This document shows, piece after piece, positions 43,600 through 57,600 of a DNA stretch of 64,000 nt. The notes under the pieces were generated by a model that saw only the letters and a list, made by a program, of their open reading frames with translations, was not told where the DNA came from and ran no database searches. Every line of letters begins with the position of its first letter. Position 1 is the first letter of the stretch. The stretch is from contig NIVC01000327.1 of NCBI GenBank assembly GCA_002269645.1, positions 62,001 through 126,000 on the forward strand. Reading direction: 5' to 3'. The stretch comes from Macrostomum lignano (lineage: Eukaryota). The position numbers and the translations under genes are program-made.

Positions 43600-44221
43600 C
43601 TGACTGACTGACTGACTGACTGACTGACTGACTGACTGACTGACTGACTGACTGACTGACTGACTGACTGACTGACTGACTGACTGACTGACTGACTGAC
43701 TGACTGACTGACTGACTGACTGACTGACTGACTGACTGACTGACTGACTGACTGACTGACTGACTGACTGACTGACTGACTGACTGACTGACTGACTGAC
43801 TGACTGACTGACTGACTGACTGACTGACTGACTGACTGACTGACTGACTGACTGACTGACTGACTGACTGACTGACTGACTGACTGACTGACTGACTGAC
43901 TGACTGACTGACTGACTGACTGACTGACTGACTGACTGACTGACTGACTGACTGACTGACTGACTGACTGACTGACTGACTGACTGACTGACTGACTGAC
44001 TGACTGACTGACTGACTGACTGACTGACTGACTGACTGACTGACTGACTGACTGACTGACTGACTGACTGACTGACTGACTGACTGACTGACTGACTGAC
44101 TGACTGACTGACTGACTGACTGACTGACTGACTGACTGACTGACTGACTGACTGACTGACTGACTGACTGACTGACTGACTGACTGACTGACTGACTGAC
44201 TGACTGACTGACTGACTGACT
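43592..44221. repeat. Perfect (CTGA)n microsatellite, ~157 copies
   Basis: No interruptions seen; overlaps the channel stop codon. Confidence 0.97.
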
Positions 44222-45711
44222 CCACTGCGGTCATCACAATATAACGACAGCACAACTTATTTTGTTGATTTTCAAAAATTATAAACTTAACTCAATCAAC
44301 TCAATATTAGCATATACATATACTTTGTCCTTGTCCAAATGCATCCCGTAATTTTTCATATTTCACCCTGAGCCCTACACATAATTTTGACGTTACTTGA
44401 AGCGAAAATCTTGCAGAACTTCTTCTAATGTGCAAAGAAACAGCTAGCTTTCGAATTTTCTGATCTGTTTATACTGACAGCTACAGAAAATGCTTTTAAT
44501 AATTAACATGTATACCTTTATGAATAGCTTAGAAATAGCTTAGAAATTAGAAATAAGCTATTTTACATGTAATAATTACTTGCGTACAAGTGGCTGAATG
44601 GATATTATTGAAATTAGATTTTTATAAGCGATCGACTTGTATGCAATTTATGCGTGTGTGTTTACTTAAAGCAAGAAATACATGTACAAGTATAATTGAC
44701 TAATTTTGCGTGTGTACATGTACATTTAGCTGACTGAAACAAACCATGCACACAGGCACAAATAAATAGCTACAATTATAGCTAACAATGCATGAACATG
44801 CAGTGTGTCCACATCAATTGTAGACTCCCTGTGACATTGGAGATACCCTCTCCGTATATAGCAAGGGCGTGTTAGTAGGCTTAGCCTTAGATAAAGATAC
44901 ATTACATGCATGTACCCTCTCTCTAAACTTTTGCCATTACATGCAGGACCGAACGATGGATAACGACAACTGAACGTCAGTTTAATTTAAAGTGCATATT
45001 TATCATTGGCGTCGATAGACGTCGGAAGTCAGTACGAGGGGCCGGGCACTCTATTTTATTTTTGCTAGGAAATTGGCCTCCAAAAATTACGTACGGTCTT
45101 TTGAGTTTTACATAAATTGCACAGTTTTTCAAAGTGCATCATGTTCATGTCCTGCTGTTATACTAAAAGTGGTCCTTGGGAACAATAACGGGAGTCAGAA
45201 AGTAAAATTGGGGCACGAGTAGAGCAGTTTTACATTTCACTGTTTTCGTAGAGATCGTTACTACTGACACGGAAAATATTATATGTAAACATGTGTATAT
45301 GTATGAACATATACTATAAATTATCAAGAATTACGTCGTAGCAAGAGCCACAAACCAATTCATCACTACATCACTACATGATTCGTACATGCAGCTGGTA
45401 TAGCCGACACGATCAGCGCCAGACAGTTCCCGTAGCAGAGCAAAGGAGCTGAACCAAAAAATGGATAATTGCAAATAAGTGTTTTTCTTTTTGAAGGTAA
45501 TTATCTATAGTTAAAAGTTATTTATTAAGAACCTTATATAGAGCGTATCTATCATTATTGACAACTGATACTGAATATTTTGTTTGTGTTTATTTTAATC
45601 TCGGAAAGAACACACGCTTAAAATAACACACGTGCATCACTTGAGTCGCGAGTCCTACAACCGCACTTTTAACTTGACGAGCGTAATAGTGTAACGCCAG
45701 CTAGAATTATC

Positions 45712-48700
45712 ATGCAGAAAGTTGTGTCTAAGTCAGAAATACTTCGCTTGGTTTGCCAGTGCATGACTAAGATAGGAACCAATCCAAAGCATGCTAATCA
45801 GTTAGCAACGCTACTATACTGTGCTGACTATCGAGGACATTATAGCCATGGTCTTAACAGGCTTGGTGCGTTTTTATTACCAGTATACTCACGAAATAAC
45901 GTCCATGAACATGTACGCTATAACTCTTAGGCTAAACCTTGCTATTTTTCGCATGCTTTACTTCGATAAAAAAATCTATTCTCATTTATAGCCTTATAGG
46001 CATAGGCCTACTAAGTGTTTAACAAAGGAAGAGCTTATGCCCATAGCATTCTAGCATAGCATAGTTAAACCTAGGCTAGGCGGCCCTTAGAGCTAACTAG
46101 ATATATATTCCATGATTTTTCACAATATACAAATATTGCATGAATAGGCCTATGAATATTACAACTAGCTAAATCACTATCAGTCAGTGGACAGTGTTGA
46201 CAAATGACAAATGTGTTTAACAAATGACTAGGCCTAGTCCTAAAGTCAAGAGTCAAGACAAAGTATTATGTAGGCCTAGCTAGAAACGAAATCTAGTCAA
46301 TCTAGCAACAAGACAATCTAGCAACAATCAATTTGGCAATAGTAAATCTAGTGACTAAATTTTTGTTTATTATAAATTAACTTTGCAACAGGACAGCAAA
46401 TGTGTTATCATCATTGGATAGAAGTGGTGCCAGGGATCATAATAATGCTCAAAACAGCTGACTAATCACAATTATATTCAATTGCGAACTACTCACTATC
46501 TGCTTACTGTCATAAAACTTTTTTCAATATGTTTAAATTAAACTTTTGTTTATTATTTCATTTTAGGCCTACAGTCCCCTTATATTTGTCCTATAGAACA
46601 TGGCACTTTCCTTATATAATCCCTTATATAAAAAATAAGAGTCTTGTTTGCATATCAGTATTAAGTATATTTGAAGCACAATTACCCTAATTAATTATAA
46701 GCCACAATTCTTGGCAATAGTAGGGATATTTCTATATTCACTTCTATTATACAATCATTCAAGTGAAAGAAATATATGGAAAGGGATCGGATAATGAAAC
46801 TTGGGCTTTTCATCAATTTTGTAATACAATCCCCTAAGTCAAAAGTGTGTTTTCAAAAGATCATATACCTAACATGCAAAATAACCCCTGTAAAAATTTT
46901 AGCAATGGCCAATAAGAAGAATTCTCCTAGGTTGTTTCATATAATTTGGCATGCAGTGCATGTAGCTCTGCATCGGCTGCATGCATTGCTAGGCTAAAAG
47001 ACTATATCTTGTGTATAGATTGGCCTAACAAGTGGAACACGGTTGACAATTCCCTCACTTTCACTATACAATCCCTTTCTATACATTTCCTCCACTTGAA
47101 TGATTATATAACAAAAGTGAATATAGAGATGTTCCTACTATTCCTACTGTGAAGAATCTTGTCAAGGCTTTATTTGATTGCCTTGTTTTGGTTGCACTCA
47201 ACTTCAAATAGACAGCAATTGAAACTGCCTTAATGCAGTGTCTTTGACTCATGGATAACATTTTGTCTAGTGTCTTTTCTTTGACTGCATCTTTTACACA
47301 GGGTTGTATAACGAAAGTGCCTAAGAATAGGGATTGTAGAACAAAAGAATGCCATACTTCTTTGAAATGTTGCAATAAACAAAATTATGCAAACAAAGAA
47401 GATATCTCACAATAACTCTTTGCATGACTTGTAATATTTCATTATAAAAATTATATTGATAAGTTGTATAGTTATATTTTACTTTTTATTTTTAAGAAGT
47501 CATTTTGTCTACCAGCAGACAAAATGGCTGCATTTAGCCTACAACTCTATAAGTAAAAGCTATTAAATTAATTATTTATAATACTATGACTATCCTTTAA
47601 TGCATGGCTATAGTATAGAATTATTCATTAAATTATTTTTTCACTAGAATTCAATTGCTTTCTATTTTTAGAGTTCAAAATATAAAACAAGTGAATAACT
47701 AATTGTTTAACATATACTGGCACAAAAATTGTTTTTTTATGGTCAATTGCTACTTAAAAGCTAGCTATGTCCATATTTCTACAAATAGCACAATCTAACT
47801 AACTTGAAGCTGCTAGTCAGAAGCTCAGAAAGTAAGCAATGGCTTGAATTAAATCTTAATATTAGCATATTGATGACCATTAATTTTTCAATCTCAAACA
47901 TATCTTCTATTTAAGCTCCCCTTTGGCACTATTACAGCCTTTGATCAAATATTTTATGCTTTGTATATGTAAAACTGATATTACTTTAATAATTCCTGAT
48001 ATATCTGCATAAATTCATAAAATGATGTATCTTGGTTAGATAAAATTACCTAGTAGTTATACTATTATCTAATATTAAAATGATACCTTCATGTCATAAT
48101 GTGGCACTCTGGTTAGGCATAGCAACTAGAATATACTTGTGTGTTCCATGCTCAACTATGACTAATACCCACTAGTCTTGCTAATAGGCACCTTGGTTAT
48201 AGGCTTACTTGTATTGGAAAAAATATGACTTATTAATTTCTACCTTTTACCTAATACTACCAAGCTATATTGAATAAGCCTAGTCCAATACATATTTAGG
48301 CATAGCTGTCATAGATAAATTTCTGCCAATTGATCATTGACTGATAGCTAATACTGCACTAGAATATATTTTTTGCTGCCTGACATTTTCAAACCACTAA
48401 TAGATAAGATAGGATAAAGGCTTGAGCATGGCAACCAAGATAGGCCCAAGCATAGCTATCAATGAACCAATCACCTTGATGACATTGTAGACAAAGAGGT
48501 ATACTAGGACAGTTATTTTATGCATATTAGTTGGCCATGAGGTAGTAGGTTGCCAGCCAGTTAATTAGGTTACAGGTTATAATTGTCACCATAGCAAGGT
48601 CTTGCATTGTTATATCTATGTTATATAAGAATATCTATAATAACTATATGGATAGAAATTATTCAGCACACAAGTGTGCTAATTGATTTCCTGTCCCATG

Positions 48701-51700
48701 TAAATACTATCTATATAAGCCTAATAAGTAAGAGATAGCAGAATAAAATTAAAACAAGATAATTATATTTAGAAACTGGTTGACATTATTATAACCTAAA
48801 GACAATTTAATTTTAAGGTTGATAAAAAATGAAAACCTAACTAGAGCTTAATATCTTATATTTCTAATAATTATACCATTAAGTAGGCCTATCTATCCAA
48901 ATCCTAATAGTAAGTTAATAATATAAATAATGGGTTGGTTTTATCATATATGCTATGCTATATTCTTAAGTGCATTGCAGATAAGGCAGATCTTTAAGTC
49001 ACCTATTGTTATTGATTTGATTTATGTTTAAATGACAAATTTAATCACTTATTTTCTGACTTTTGGCTATAAACTGATGTCTTTATAGACTTATAAGGCT
49101 TTTTTCATAAGGATTAAATTGAAAGCTCCAAATATCAACTTTAGGAAAGGATACTGTATTGTAATAATATATGTATCTATCTGACAAATATATTTGTTTA
49201 ATCAACACACAACTTTTACATTTCTCTTTTACTCTCTTTCTCTTGTTAACTGATTAGCCTTATGCTACTGTCATTGGCTAATTTAGCTTTTTAAAGATAA
49301 CCTTGAGCTATTCATTCATAGAAAAGTCAGCTAGATCCATTAATTATTTGTAATAAATTCATTGAACTTAGATTTGTTTTAGTGATTTTCTAGTATATAG
49401 TAAGAACATAACAATCCCAAAAATGGGGAGAATTAGAAATCTATATAGAATAAAAGTCATCTATTTAGTCATCTATAAGAAATTACTTTAAGTAGCATTT
49501 TTCAACCACAAAATTATGCATTTAAATGTTTATCAAAAAGTAGAAATGCACTAAACATATTCAAATGAAGCTTAAATCTCTCTCTCCCATACTTAAAAAA
49601 ATGCATTATGATCATTGAAACAAATTTTAATTTGAAATTTTAGACATGTATATCAAGGATGTTGAAACAGATGTTACTGCTGCAACAGGCAATCCAGTCA
49701 TATTGAAGGAAGGCCCATCAACAGGTTTAGTTGATGGTCAAAACCTATTGGGACCAGTTGTTGGCAAGTTTGCTATGCAGCTAGCTATTGACAAGGCTAA
49801 ACAATCTGGAGTTGGCTGGGTTGTAGCTAATAACTCAAATCATTTTGGCATTGCTGGTAAGTTCGACTTTACTTTCTGTAGTCTTACTAGGTATTCTAAA
49901 CATTATTTATTTTCTGCAAAATTTCTAGCAAAACCTTCACTATACTACTTTCAAGGCAATAAGTATTCACAAATGTGTAAAGTAGTGCTGGAGTTAGTAA
50001 GGCTTTTGTCAGCTAAATTGATAGTTAAGAGAATTTCGATGAGTTGGTAATTCGGCCATGGCCATAGACATTAGCACAAAGAATGATCCCAGCAACCATT
50101 TTTTCATATAAATCATGCTTAAACCAAGGACTTCTAAATCAATCAGGACTATGGATGAAATCTTATAGATATATCGCAAACAATCCAAAGAGCAACGATT
50201 TCTGGAGTAGAAACAGAAGGAAGGGTAAGAGTATTGAAATAAAAAGATTTCTTTCCAAGCTTTGGTTCAGGGCACTCAGTTCACTTACACAATCCAACTT
50301 CAAATGACGAGACTCCATCTAGGCTATCCACTGACAGATTCTTCCAGTTTATTGAAGGCATTTTGATTTGATGTTCTCTCTTGCTTCTCTCTTATATATT
50401 CATTTTCGACTGATTTTCTACCATCACTCTTCAATGATCTTTTGATCAAGTATGGTAACTTCAGGGCACTTTGATTACGTCCCTTTTTAGTCATAGCAGC
50501 ATCTTTGAGCCACTATGATGCGATCTGTCATCTTCTATAACAGATTTGAGTTTTGAATTATGTAAACAAAGTGAGTCTATAGATAAATGCCTATGGCAAG
50601 ACGGAATCTACTTCTGCACGAATGATGTAGTCATTAAATTACTATGAGTGCACAAATGGATTGGCGCACGCTTGAAATATCTATTATGTCTATGGTCAGA
50701 AGTGGGTTCTGAAAATGCTAAATACGATGGCTTTGATCAAGGAGTTCTATAATTAGCAACCTGGAGTGGAAGCGAGTTTTACCTCATGAGGCCACGTCAA
50801 TTGTAAAGATAAGGAGCCAGCACTGAATGTCTATGGCTTTGGCTGACTCTGCCTATGCTAGTCTGGCCTCCTGAGGTAAAACTGAAAAACTCGTTTCCAC
50901 TCCAGGCTGCTAATTATAGAACTCCTTGGCTTTCATTATCTGGCCTCTAGCGGTTGTTGGGGCCATAGACATTTTAATCGTGCAATAGTCAGGCTTGATT
51001 GGTATAACCTCTAAAAACCCCTGCACAATAATACAAAGAAGGTAGAAGCGCATTTCCCCTCAGAAATGGCATATTATTTAACAGATCGTTGTTGTCTTAT
51101 TGCTACTTGCAGGCTGGTACGCCATGGAAGCCAGTAGTGAAGGTCTTTTGGGCATGGCTTTCACCAACGCGTCGCCTTTGTTAGTTCCAACTCGAGCTGT
51201 CAATCCGGCACTTGGCACTAATCCGATCAGTTTAGCCGCACCGAATGGGCAAGAGCCATTCGTACTAGACATGGCTACCTCAGCTGTAGCTCTTGGCAAA
51301 GTTGAAATTCAACATAGGCGCGGCGAACCGCTGCCGCCTGGTTGGGCCCTGGATGCCCAGGGTCGAGGCACCACCGATGCTGCAGTTGGCATGCAAGGTC
51401 GCTTATTTCCATTGGGTGGTCCCGAGGAAACCAGTAAGTAAAATAATAGTCCGCTAAGTCAGTATTTTACCGTGACCTTTTTAAACTGGCGGGGCAAATA
51501 TCTGTGTCTGTTAATAGTTGATAGAAAATGTACTTGATAACTTATGTACTTGATACTTCTGCTGGATTTTCTGCAGTATCAACAAAGGGTTCGTCTCAAT
51601 TAGACTTGGGGCTCTCGAGCAACTTGCCTTGGCGATTGCCACCCTTTCGCAGGCGATCTTCAACGCGCTGATGGATGCTGTAAACCATATTTTATTTTAC

Positions 51701-53613
51701 ATTTAGCAACCTTGCAATGTCCTTTGTGTGTTCACCTCTGTCAAGTGCTTCGATCACAAGCCAATGACATTGGTTTAACAGCCCAGCACATGGTCCACTA
51801 TTCTGGGGCTGGTCTTTTGCTTCTCCGCAGCAGTTGCAAATGAAGCTATATGAAGACCAAATTGATGCTCGTTGTACCAAGTTTAATGCTGCCGTGTCAG
51901 CCTGACTTCAGACTGACTTTTCTGAAATTAGCTGCTCTGTGTCCTAAATTTAATGCTTTACTTGTACCTATGCTGCTGAGACTATAAACGAAAGTTGAAA
52001 CATTGGCTGTGATTATATGCTTGATGTACATTAACATTCCATTAAAGAGAGCTTTATCTTTTGTTAATTTTTAACGTTTAAAGGTGGCTACAAAGGCTAT
52101 GGATTGGCTTGTTTAGTTGAGATTTTCTGCGGCTTACTCAGCGACGCGAACTGGGGCCAGCACATACGCAAATGGAAGACGCACGAGCGGAAGGCTAATT
52201 TAGTGAGGCTAAAATGTACTTTTAATTAAGTTTCCTGTATGCTTCTAACTGTATTTGTTCCCGCATTTTCAGGGCCAGTGCTTTATAGCAATCAATCCTA
52301 GCATGTTTGCGGACGGATTCGAGAATCGAATGAGCCAATTTGTGCACGAGTTCCGATCTATGCAACCAGTGAGTAATCTAGCTGATTGACTATTACCTTT
52401 TTGCGACCTTTTTGCTTGGTTTGACCAAGCTTCATTATTTGGTTTGCTTGGTTTGGCGGTCTGTTGACATAGAAGGAACACCATCTGGATCTGTGCACAG
52501 CGAACGAAGCACGCTGTGTAGAAAAATCTGTCTATGTACACAATTGATACGTCCTGTTCACAGTGACACCAGGAAACTGGGTTTGACAAAAAGCGACAAA
52601 ACGTGGACTTTAGTCCAATAAAGTGGATATCCACATAGACTCCACTTTCTGAGCTTAAGTGCTTGTTCTAACCTATTCCAAATTCAATTTTTGTCCCTTT
52701 TTGTCAAACCCAGCTTCCTGATGTCACTGTGAGCAGAGTGACGTATCATTTGAGTACATAGAATACTCATGGGGCTCCACTTTGTGAGCTTAAGTTGACA
52801 GGCCCTTTCCGAAGTCGAATGCATGTCTAACCTGATGAAAAAAATGTACATCAAAGTGAATGTCAATCACTAAAACCAGTGTAGTGATAGGGAAAGGTGC
52901 GAATTCGTCATGTCTAAGAATAAATAGTCTTGTAGTTCTGTATTTTTTCCATTTCTTTATTTACTTTAGTCCGATCCCGACAAGCCAGTTCTGATTGCTG
53001 GAGATCCCGAACGAGCTCATATGAGCAGGTGCGAACAGTTAGGCGGAGTGCCTTATCATGACAGGCAGCTAGAACATCTGGTAAGTTTTGTGTTTCAAGA
53101 GTTGAAATTTGAATTTTCATAATTTTTTCTACATGAAACTATCTAGACTACTGTACATCTCTGGCTCAATGTGATGTCTCTGAAAGTTTTGCTTTATTGC
53201 AAAACCTTTACTTCTAAAATATATCCAAACTTAATTAAATATGCGGAGTCAGAGTGAGTTGTCACGCAAAAAATCTGAACTCAAATGCAAGTTTTTGTCA
53301 TGAGGCTTAGATTTAGAAACCTCTCCAGTGCAAAGCCTTAGCAATGAGAGAAGAAGAAGACTCTCGTGTATGGACGAGTTTACTTTTTAGTTCTTAGGCC
53401 TACGGGCCTCTCTGGGTGAGCTTAATCCAAGCTAGCAAACAACACGGACTTAGAAATAGGTACATCTCTCTATCATATCTGATTCAATTTTTATATTTAG
53501 CCTAAAGCAAAGATTTGAAAGCACGGAATATTACTTGCTTACTTTAGAGAATTTTACACTTGCAGAATAACGTGGCCAAACAGCTCGATGTGGATCCGAT
53601 GAAATGTGTTTAG
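45712..53613 (+). CDS. Ldh_2-family (type 2 malate/L-lactate/ureidoglycolate/sulfolactate dehydrogenase-like) NAD(P)H oxidoreductase, 353 aa
   Basis: Exons 45712-45865, 49644-49856, 51113-51433, 52084-52202, 52273-52368, 52970-53080, 53566-53613 (1062 nt, phases consistent). Family motifs ADYRGHYSHGL, VDGQNLLG, SNHFGIAG, GTNPISLAAP, LDMATSAVALGK, LFPLGG..SGYKGYGL, VLIAGDPE. AATAAA at 53631-53636. Confidence 0.93.
52531..52762. repeat. Intronic inverted repeat, ~70 bp arms
   Basis: 52531-52601 vs the reverse complement of 52688-52762, roughly 85% identical by eye. Confidence 0.8.
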
Positions 53614-54004
53614 CTGGTGCTTTTGACAGAAATAAAACATTATTTTAGCGCTTTTATTTATTTTTGCTAATATATAACTCTATATTCATTATTGAGAGGT
53701 GATAAGTTTTCCCCTATTTTCAACAAGTTAGCTATTTAGAGAATATTGTGAAACATTATTTGATTTTCTTGTACCTAAGGTGTTGCATTTTTGCGTCTTA
53801 TAATTTTAAATCATGTAATTTGATGTCTTTTAAAGATGTACTAACTTGCCTTCATCAATAGTACCTTGAACTATATTGTACGACGTAGTTAAACTTAGTC
53901 ATTTAAAATATATTTGCTTACCCCGTGCTAAAACAGTTCATTAATGAAATATATCCACAATGTTTAAAGATTTTTTTAATATTGTTATTTGGTAATAATA
54001 ATAA

Positions 54005-54310
54005 GTATAATAATTGATTACACCTGCCCTAATGGCCAGATGTGCAACCGACAGCTCAGCCGCAGCTATTGCGCGGCGCATCTGAAGGCTGCGTACGGCT
54101 GTTCAGTCCAAGGACGGGGGGGTCGCCACACACTCCCTCAATTACCCCAGCTAATGCTGGCACCCATTTTACAGCTGGGTGAACTGAAGCAATACAGAGT
54201 TAAGTATCTTGCTCAAGGACACAAATTTTTCCACGTTGGGTTGAGAAGAATCGAACCCCCGATTTTCAAGTCGGGAGTCCGACGCTCTGACAACTAGGCT
54301 AGGACCCCCT
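54005..54310 (-). mobile_element. tRNA-derived SINE, copy 2 (most complete)
   Basis: Minus strand: A box tagcctagttg (54291-54301), B box ggttcgattc (54248-54257), CORE-like tgtgtccttgagcaagatacttaactct...cagctgtaaaatggg, 3' end ...gcaggtgtaa followed by a TTA-rich tail. Confidence 0.85.
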
Positions 54311-54625
54311 CACTAGACTACAACCCCCTCACTAGACTACAACCCCCTCGCTAGACTACAACCCCCTCACTAGACTACAACCCCCTCGCTAGGCTACAAC
54401 CCCCTCGCTAGGCTACAACCCCTTCGCTAGGCTACAACCCCCTCGCAAGGCTACACCCCCCTCGCTAGGCTACAACCCCCTCGCTAGACTACAACCCCCT
54501 CTAGGCTACAACCCCTCACTAGGCTACAACCCCCTCGCTAGACTACAACCCCTCTAGGCTACAACCCCCTCACTAGACTACAACCCCCTAACTAGACTAC
54601 AACCCCTCTAGGCTACAACCCCCTG
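54305..54625. repeat. 19 bp minisatellite ccccctcactagactacaa attached to the SINE 5' end
   Basis: About 17 copies; the unit matches the first ~19 nt of the SINE. Confidence 0.9.
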
Positions 54626-57600
54626 ACTAGACTACAACCCCTTCTAGGCTACAGCCCCCTGACTAGACTACAACCACCTTTAGGCTATTACCCCTATTTG
54701 GTAAAAAAGTTACAAAACTTATTTGGTTTGCAAAACACGCTTGCTTATTTAATAGTGAAGGCCAAATCCAAATTATGTATTAAACTAACGCAAATCTACG
54801 ACGTAAAACGCTCCACATCAGGAGGAAGCATCCTCGTTTCCCTAAAACTCGCTTTGTTTTTGGCAAACTGAAATTCAAGAGTTAGTCTTGTAACTTTATC
54901 TGCCACTCTCAGTGTGGGTTGCTGCTAATGCATGGGGCGTAATTGCCGCCGTTTGCTTCAGCGTAATCAGCTGCTTCTCGAAACAGAGCTTTGTTATCTT
55001 TTGCTTTTAGCCCAGCTCGCGGACCCCGCCTTCGCGAGGTTTTTTTTTCTTTGATTTTTCATTGATTCCCATGTCTAACGAGAAAATGTTTTATCATGTT
55101 CTCTAAGCATTCTTTTGAATTAGTATGTTGGAAAGTTGGCTTTTATTATTTTATTCTTGACATCTGCATGATTCCTACCTCGGAGCCTCACCCCCCCCCC
55201 CCCCCAGACTCATAAAAAGCCTTCTGTGACAAGAAATATTTTCTGGCGAACTCTGCTTTCCTTGCTTAGCATTAATTATTTCTGGGTCTCCAAAAATCTG
55301 CAGCCACTCCCTTGGGACGGCAGCCTACTCGCCTTGCATGTCCTCTCGTCAGTCTGTCAGAAACAGTGTAACTTTAGCATAAATCACACAAATCACTTCC
55401 GTATGGCTTGCTTCCATGCTGACCCCTGTTTAAACTACAGAGATTGTTGATTATTCCGTATTTTTTTATATTTATCTCAACATATTGCAAAACGAACAAA
55501 ACTGGTTTACCATATGCGATGCTAAATGCCCCGCAGGCACTCGTTTTGGCGCCGCAGGCACTCCTTTTAGCGCTCTGAAATAAAATTATTGATTTCCACA
55601 ACGGGTCACAAAGTGGGGTGGCGGTGGGGGCAGAGCATTGTCGGCATGCCCCCCATAGCTACTGGGGGGATATGTCTCCCCTGTCCCCCCGGTGGCGACG
55701 CCCCTTGCGATGCTATTAAGTATAGTTATTTTAGAAATCTATTATCCCATCTTAACTGAAATCCCTTAGAAAATAGAGTGAAAAAGTCCCGACTTCGAAG
55801 TGTGAATCCCAGCCTCTGTCACTATCGCATGCACCCATCAATTTGTATTTTCGCGTGCACGGACAGCCTGTGGCTCCCCCGGGACGCTTAGCAGCTCCCC
55901 CACTTTACTCGATGCCCCATTCTTGCCTTGCCAGGCTGGCCTTCACACTAAAAGCCGTCTCGTCGGTTAGTTAATTGAATCTACTGCATGCTCACGAAAT
56001 GCATCTCGTTGGTTTGCATCTGCGGCAAGTACCAGCGCACTCTTCTGCATTATTTATGCTCATTATTTAGAGGCTTTGTACGAATAAATCCGGATTAAAG
56101 TGCAAGTTGTCAGTTCAGAATGGTTCTATTTGATGGTGAGGCGATAAATTAGGGAAGTGCGAATCTGCTGTCCATTAATTGCTAACGCGATTGCTTCAGC
56201 TAAAAAGCAGCTGTTGCAGTGTTGCCGCCCACGGCCATTTAACATCTGGCTATATCTATTCAATATATCCAACCTCTAATAGATCTAGATATCCTTCATA
56301 TTCCTCTCTTCGTTGCCCGTCATCGTGGGTCGAATCTGTTTCCAGTTAGTTAAAAATAAAAGGCATGTTGTACTGTAAACTATACGCGTCCAACGTGATT
56401 GAGCTCATATTCGCGGGCCTATCTTGTCCGAGTCTCTTAATAAGGGTCATCACTTTGAACGGTGATCTTAAACATATGCTTTCCATTTATGTAGATGTGT
56501 GCTGTAGCTTTCAATTTACTTTCGATCTGAGAAAATATAAATTTCAAGATGAATCATTTCGTGTCTAATCATTGCGTTTTTTCCTGTTTTTCTGTTTTTT
56601 CCTTGATTTTTATGCTCTGTCAGGCGTAGTGGCGTGTGTAATGATTACAAGATGGAACAGCAAAAAGATTTCAGCCTCAGCTGAGTGGGCGATGGCTACA
56701 AGCTACTGCCCCCCCCCCCCTCTGGATCCTCTCTGTGAGTTCCTAGGAGCCTTTTTTATTTCTAATGTTGCTGTTAACTTGTTTCAGATAAAGCTACTCT
56801 TCGTAATAGTCACTTTTGAAGACTAGCTTCCACAAGGCCCTACAGCAGACAGTAAGCTTCAGAAATTTGACCAACACTGTCTACGGAAGTTCTGTACAGC
56901 CGCAGGCAGTGCTAAGCTGTTTGTCATTAATCATGACGTTGACGCATTTACTACAAGCTAAAAAAGATTTGACACAGAAAAGGCTAAACTTTCATCTTAT
57001 TCAAGTTATTTTTCGACAGATTCACACTCAAAAACATAAAATAGCTTTTTATTTTGTGTCGAACTACAAGTCAAGGGTGTTTTTAGTATTGAAAATGTAA
57101 TTATTAAAAACATCAGAACAGGGGTCGTCAAACACTAGGCCGCAGAGCCATTATATCCGGCCTTCGGGTCCTTTGAAAACTGACAATAGCAATCCAGACC
57201 CCTCAAGGTTTGTCTCTTCTCAGCTTCCTTCTCTACAATCTTCTCTCCCTTCTCTCTCTCTCCCTCTCCTAAGACCTCTTCTCTCCCTTCTCTCATCTCT
57301 CTTCTCCTATTTCATCTCTTTTCTCTTCTCTTCTCCTTTATTCCCTTGTCTCTTTTCTACAATTTCTTTTCTGTATTCTACTAGCGTATCTCCTCTCTCC
57401 CCTCCTCTGGCCCCCAATTCTTTATCTGACGCTTGAGGGAAAAAAACTTTTCCGAGCCCCGCAATAGAAGTTTAAGGTGTATAACAGTGTATTAACATTA
57501 AAACCTATTGATGTAAATAATCCAGACACTACAGAGAAATATCACATATATCTCTAGATTACATTACGATATTACAATAGGCGTCTTCAAGCTACACTAA

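Noticed and set aside
50290-50370. Possible nested minus-strand exon (MPSINWKNLSVDSLDG...) in Ldh_2 intron 2
   Set aside because: Short, unrecognised and without partner exons; the region is bounded by ccatagacat/atgtctatgg motifs and may be a TE remnant.
55600-57180. Several G/C-run MITE-like fragments
   Set aside because: Only single termini are visible; no TIR pair or TSD could be established.
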